Below are positions 63,251 to 64,000 of a stretch of DNA of 64,000 nucleotides, in pieces. This stretch comes from Phoronis australis (lineage: Eukaryota > Animalia > Phoronida): the NCBI GenBank assembly GCA_002633005.1, contig NMRA01000111.1, forward strand, positions 524,866 to 588,865, read 5' to 3'. Each line of letters starts with the position of its first letter. The stretch's first letter is position 1. The notes beneath the pieces were generated by a model that saw only the letters and a program-made list of their open reading frames with translations, ran no database searches and was not told where the DNA came from. The position numbers and the translations under genes are program-made.

Positions 63251-64000
63251 CGTCAATGAAGGCGCCAGGTATTCATTACATGTTAACTGATTTTTTAATC
63301 ATACTTGAATTTACAGTTTGGGTTTTTTAAAATGTTAGCGGCAAAATCTGCAAAAGGTAGCATTTGATAATATAATCAGAATGACTGGCACCGAGCGTCG
63401 AGCCTCTGATTAGCTGTTAGTGTGTGAATTATCCTGAAATCGTCATCGACACCTAACATTACCTGGTGGACACTGTCTCATCACGTAGAACGGAAGCCGT
63501 GTCGATATTGCTTTCTTTCTCAAAAGTAAAAATTACATCATTTTGCTTTTGCTTTGAGTAACAACCCGTCTGCCATTCCCGTCTATACTGAATTCTTGTG
63601 TCCCATATATATACTAGGAGATAATTTTAATGACTTTAATAGTCTGAAGATGTGTCAAAAATCATTTCGTAATGTTTGGCTAATAGCGAACTTCGCCAGT
63701 ATTTCGGGCAAAGCTGCAGACTATACATGTAACCGTAGGCCTAATACTATATACAGTAGAGAAAGAAAACGAAACCGAGCTTACGATGACTTGTGGATCC
63801 GGCAATCTCGTTCTAGTTATTGAACCACAGAGATTTTAAACCAGAGGGTTCTCAGTTGTTATTTTATATTTTCCATGGAACACAAGTCAGCTCATGCAGC
63901 TACGGGTTCACTTGAAACAGACAGCTTAGTCAAGTCGCATGTATCTTATCGTTTGCGGTGGCCCTAAGTGGGTTTTAAAACTTTGTCAAGTCGGTACAGA

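Overview
Eukaryotic, intron-rich, AT-rich animal DNA; the gene content points to a marine invertebrate, probably a lophotrochozoan (inference). Three host coding units are visible: (1) a minus-strand multi-exon astacin (M12A) metalloprotease with tandem ShK-domain exons (exons resolved 20759->12834; signal/pro-peptide exons not found), (2) an intronless GT11 alpha-1,2-fucosyltransferase (33725-34894) and (3) a short coiled-coil ORF of unknown function (53633-54031). The dominant structure is a ~10.4 kb quasi-palindrome (2031-12423). It consists of two inverted, separately inserted copies of a decayed, internally deleted Sola3-like DNA transposon, each with TTAA flanks. One copy splits the 4th ShK exon of the astacin gene, and the other sits in its probable 3' UTR. 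The ShK exons form a 129/147/129/147-nt duplicated two-exon module, and the third exon has lost its splice donor and now ends in a stop. The rest of the window is mainly TE debris: L1/Tx1-type ORF1 and RT remnants, a dead THAP domain, mini/microsatellites and many MITEs, several of which share CA..TG-type ends and 5-bp TSDs. No prokaryote-type system, CRISPR array, rRNA or intact tRNA was seen. All identities come from motif recognition by eye; no database searches were run.
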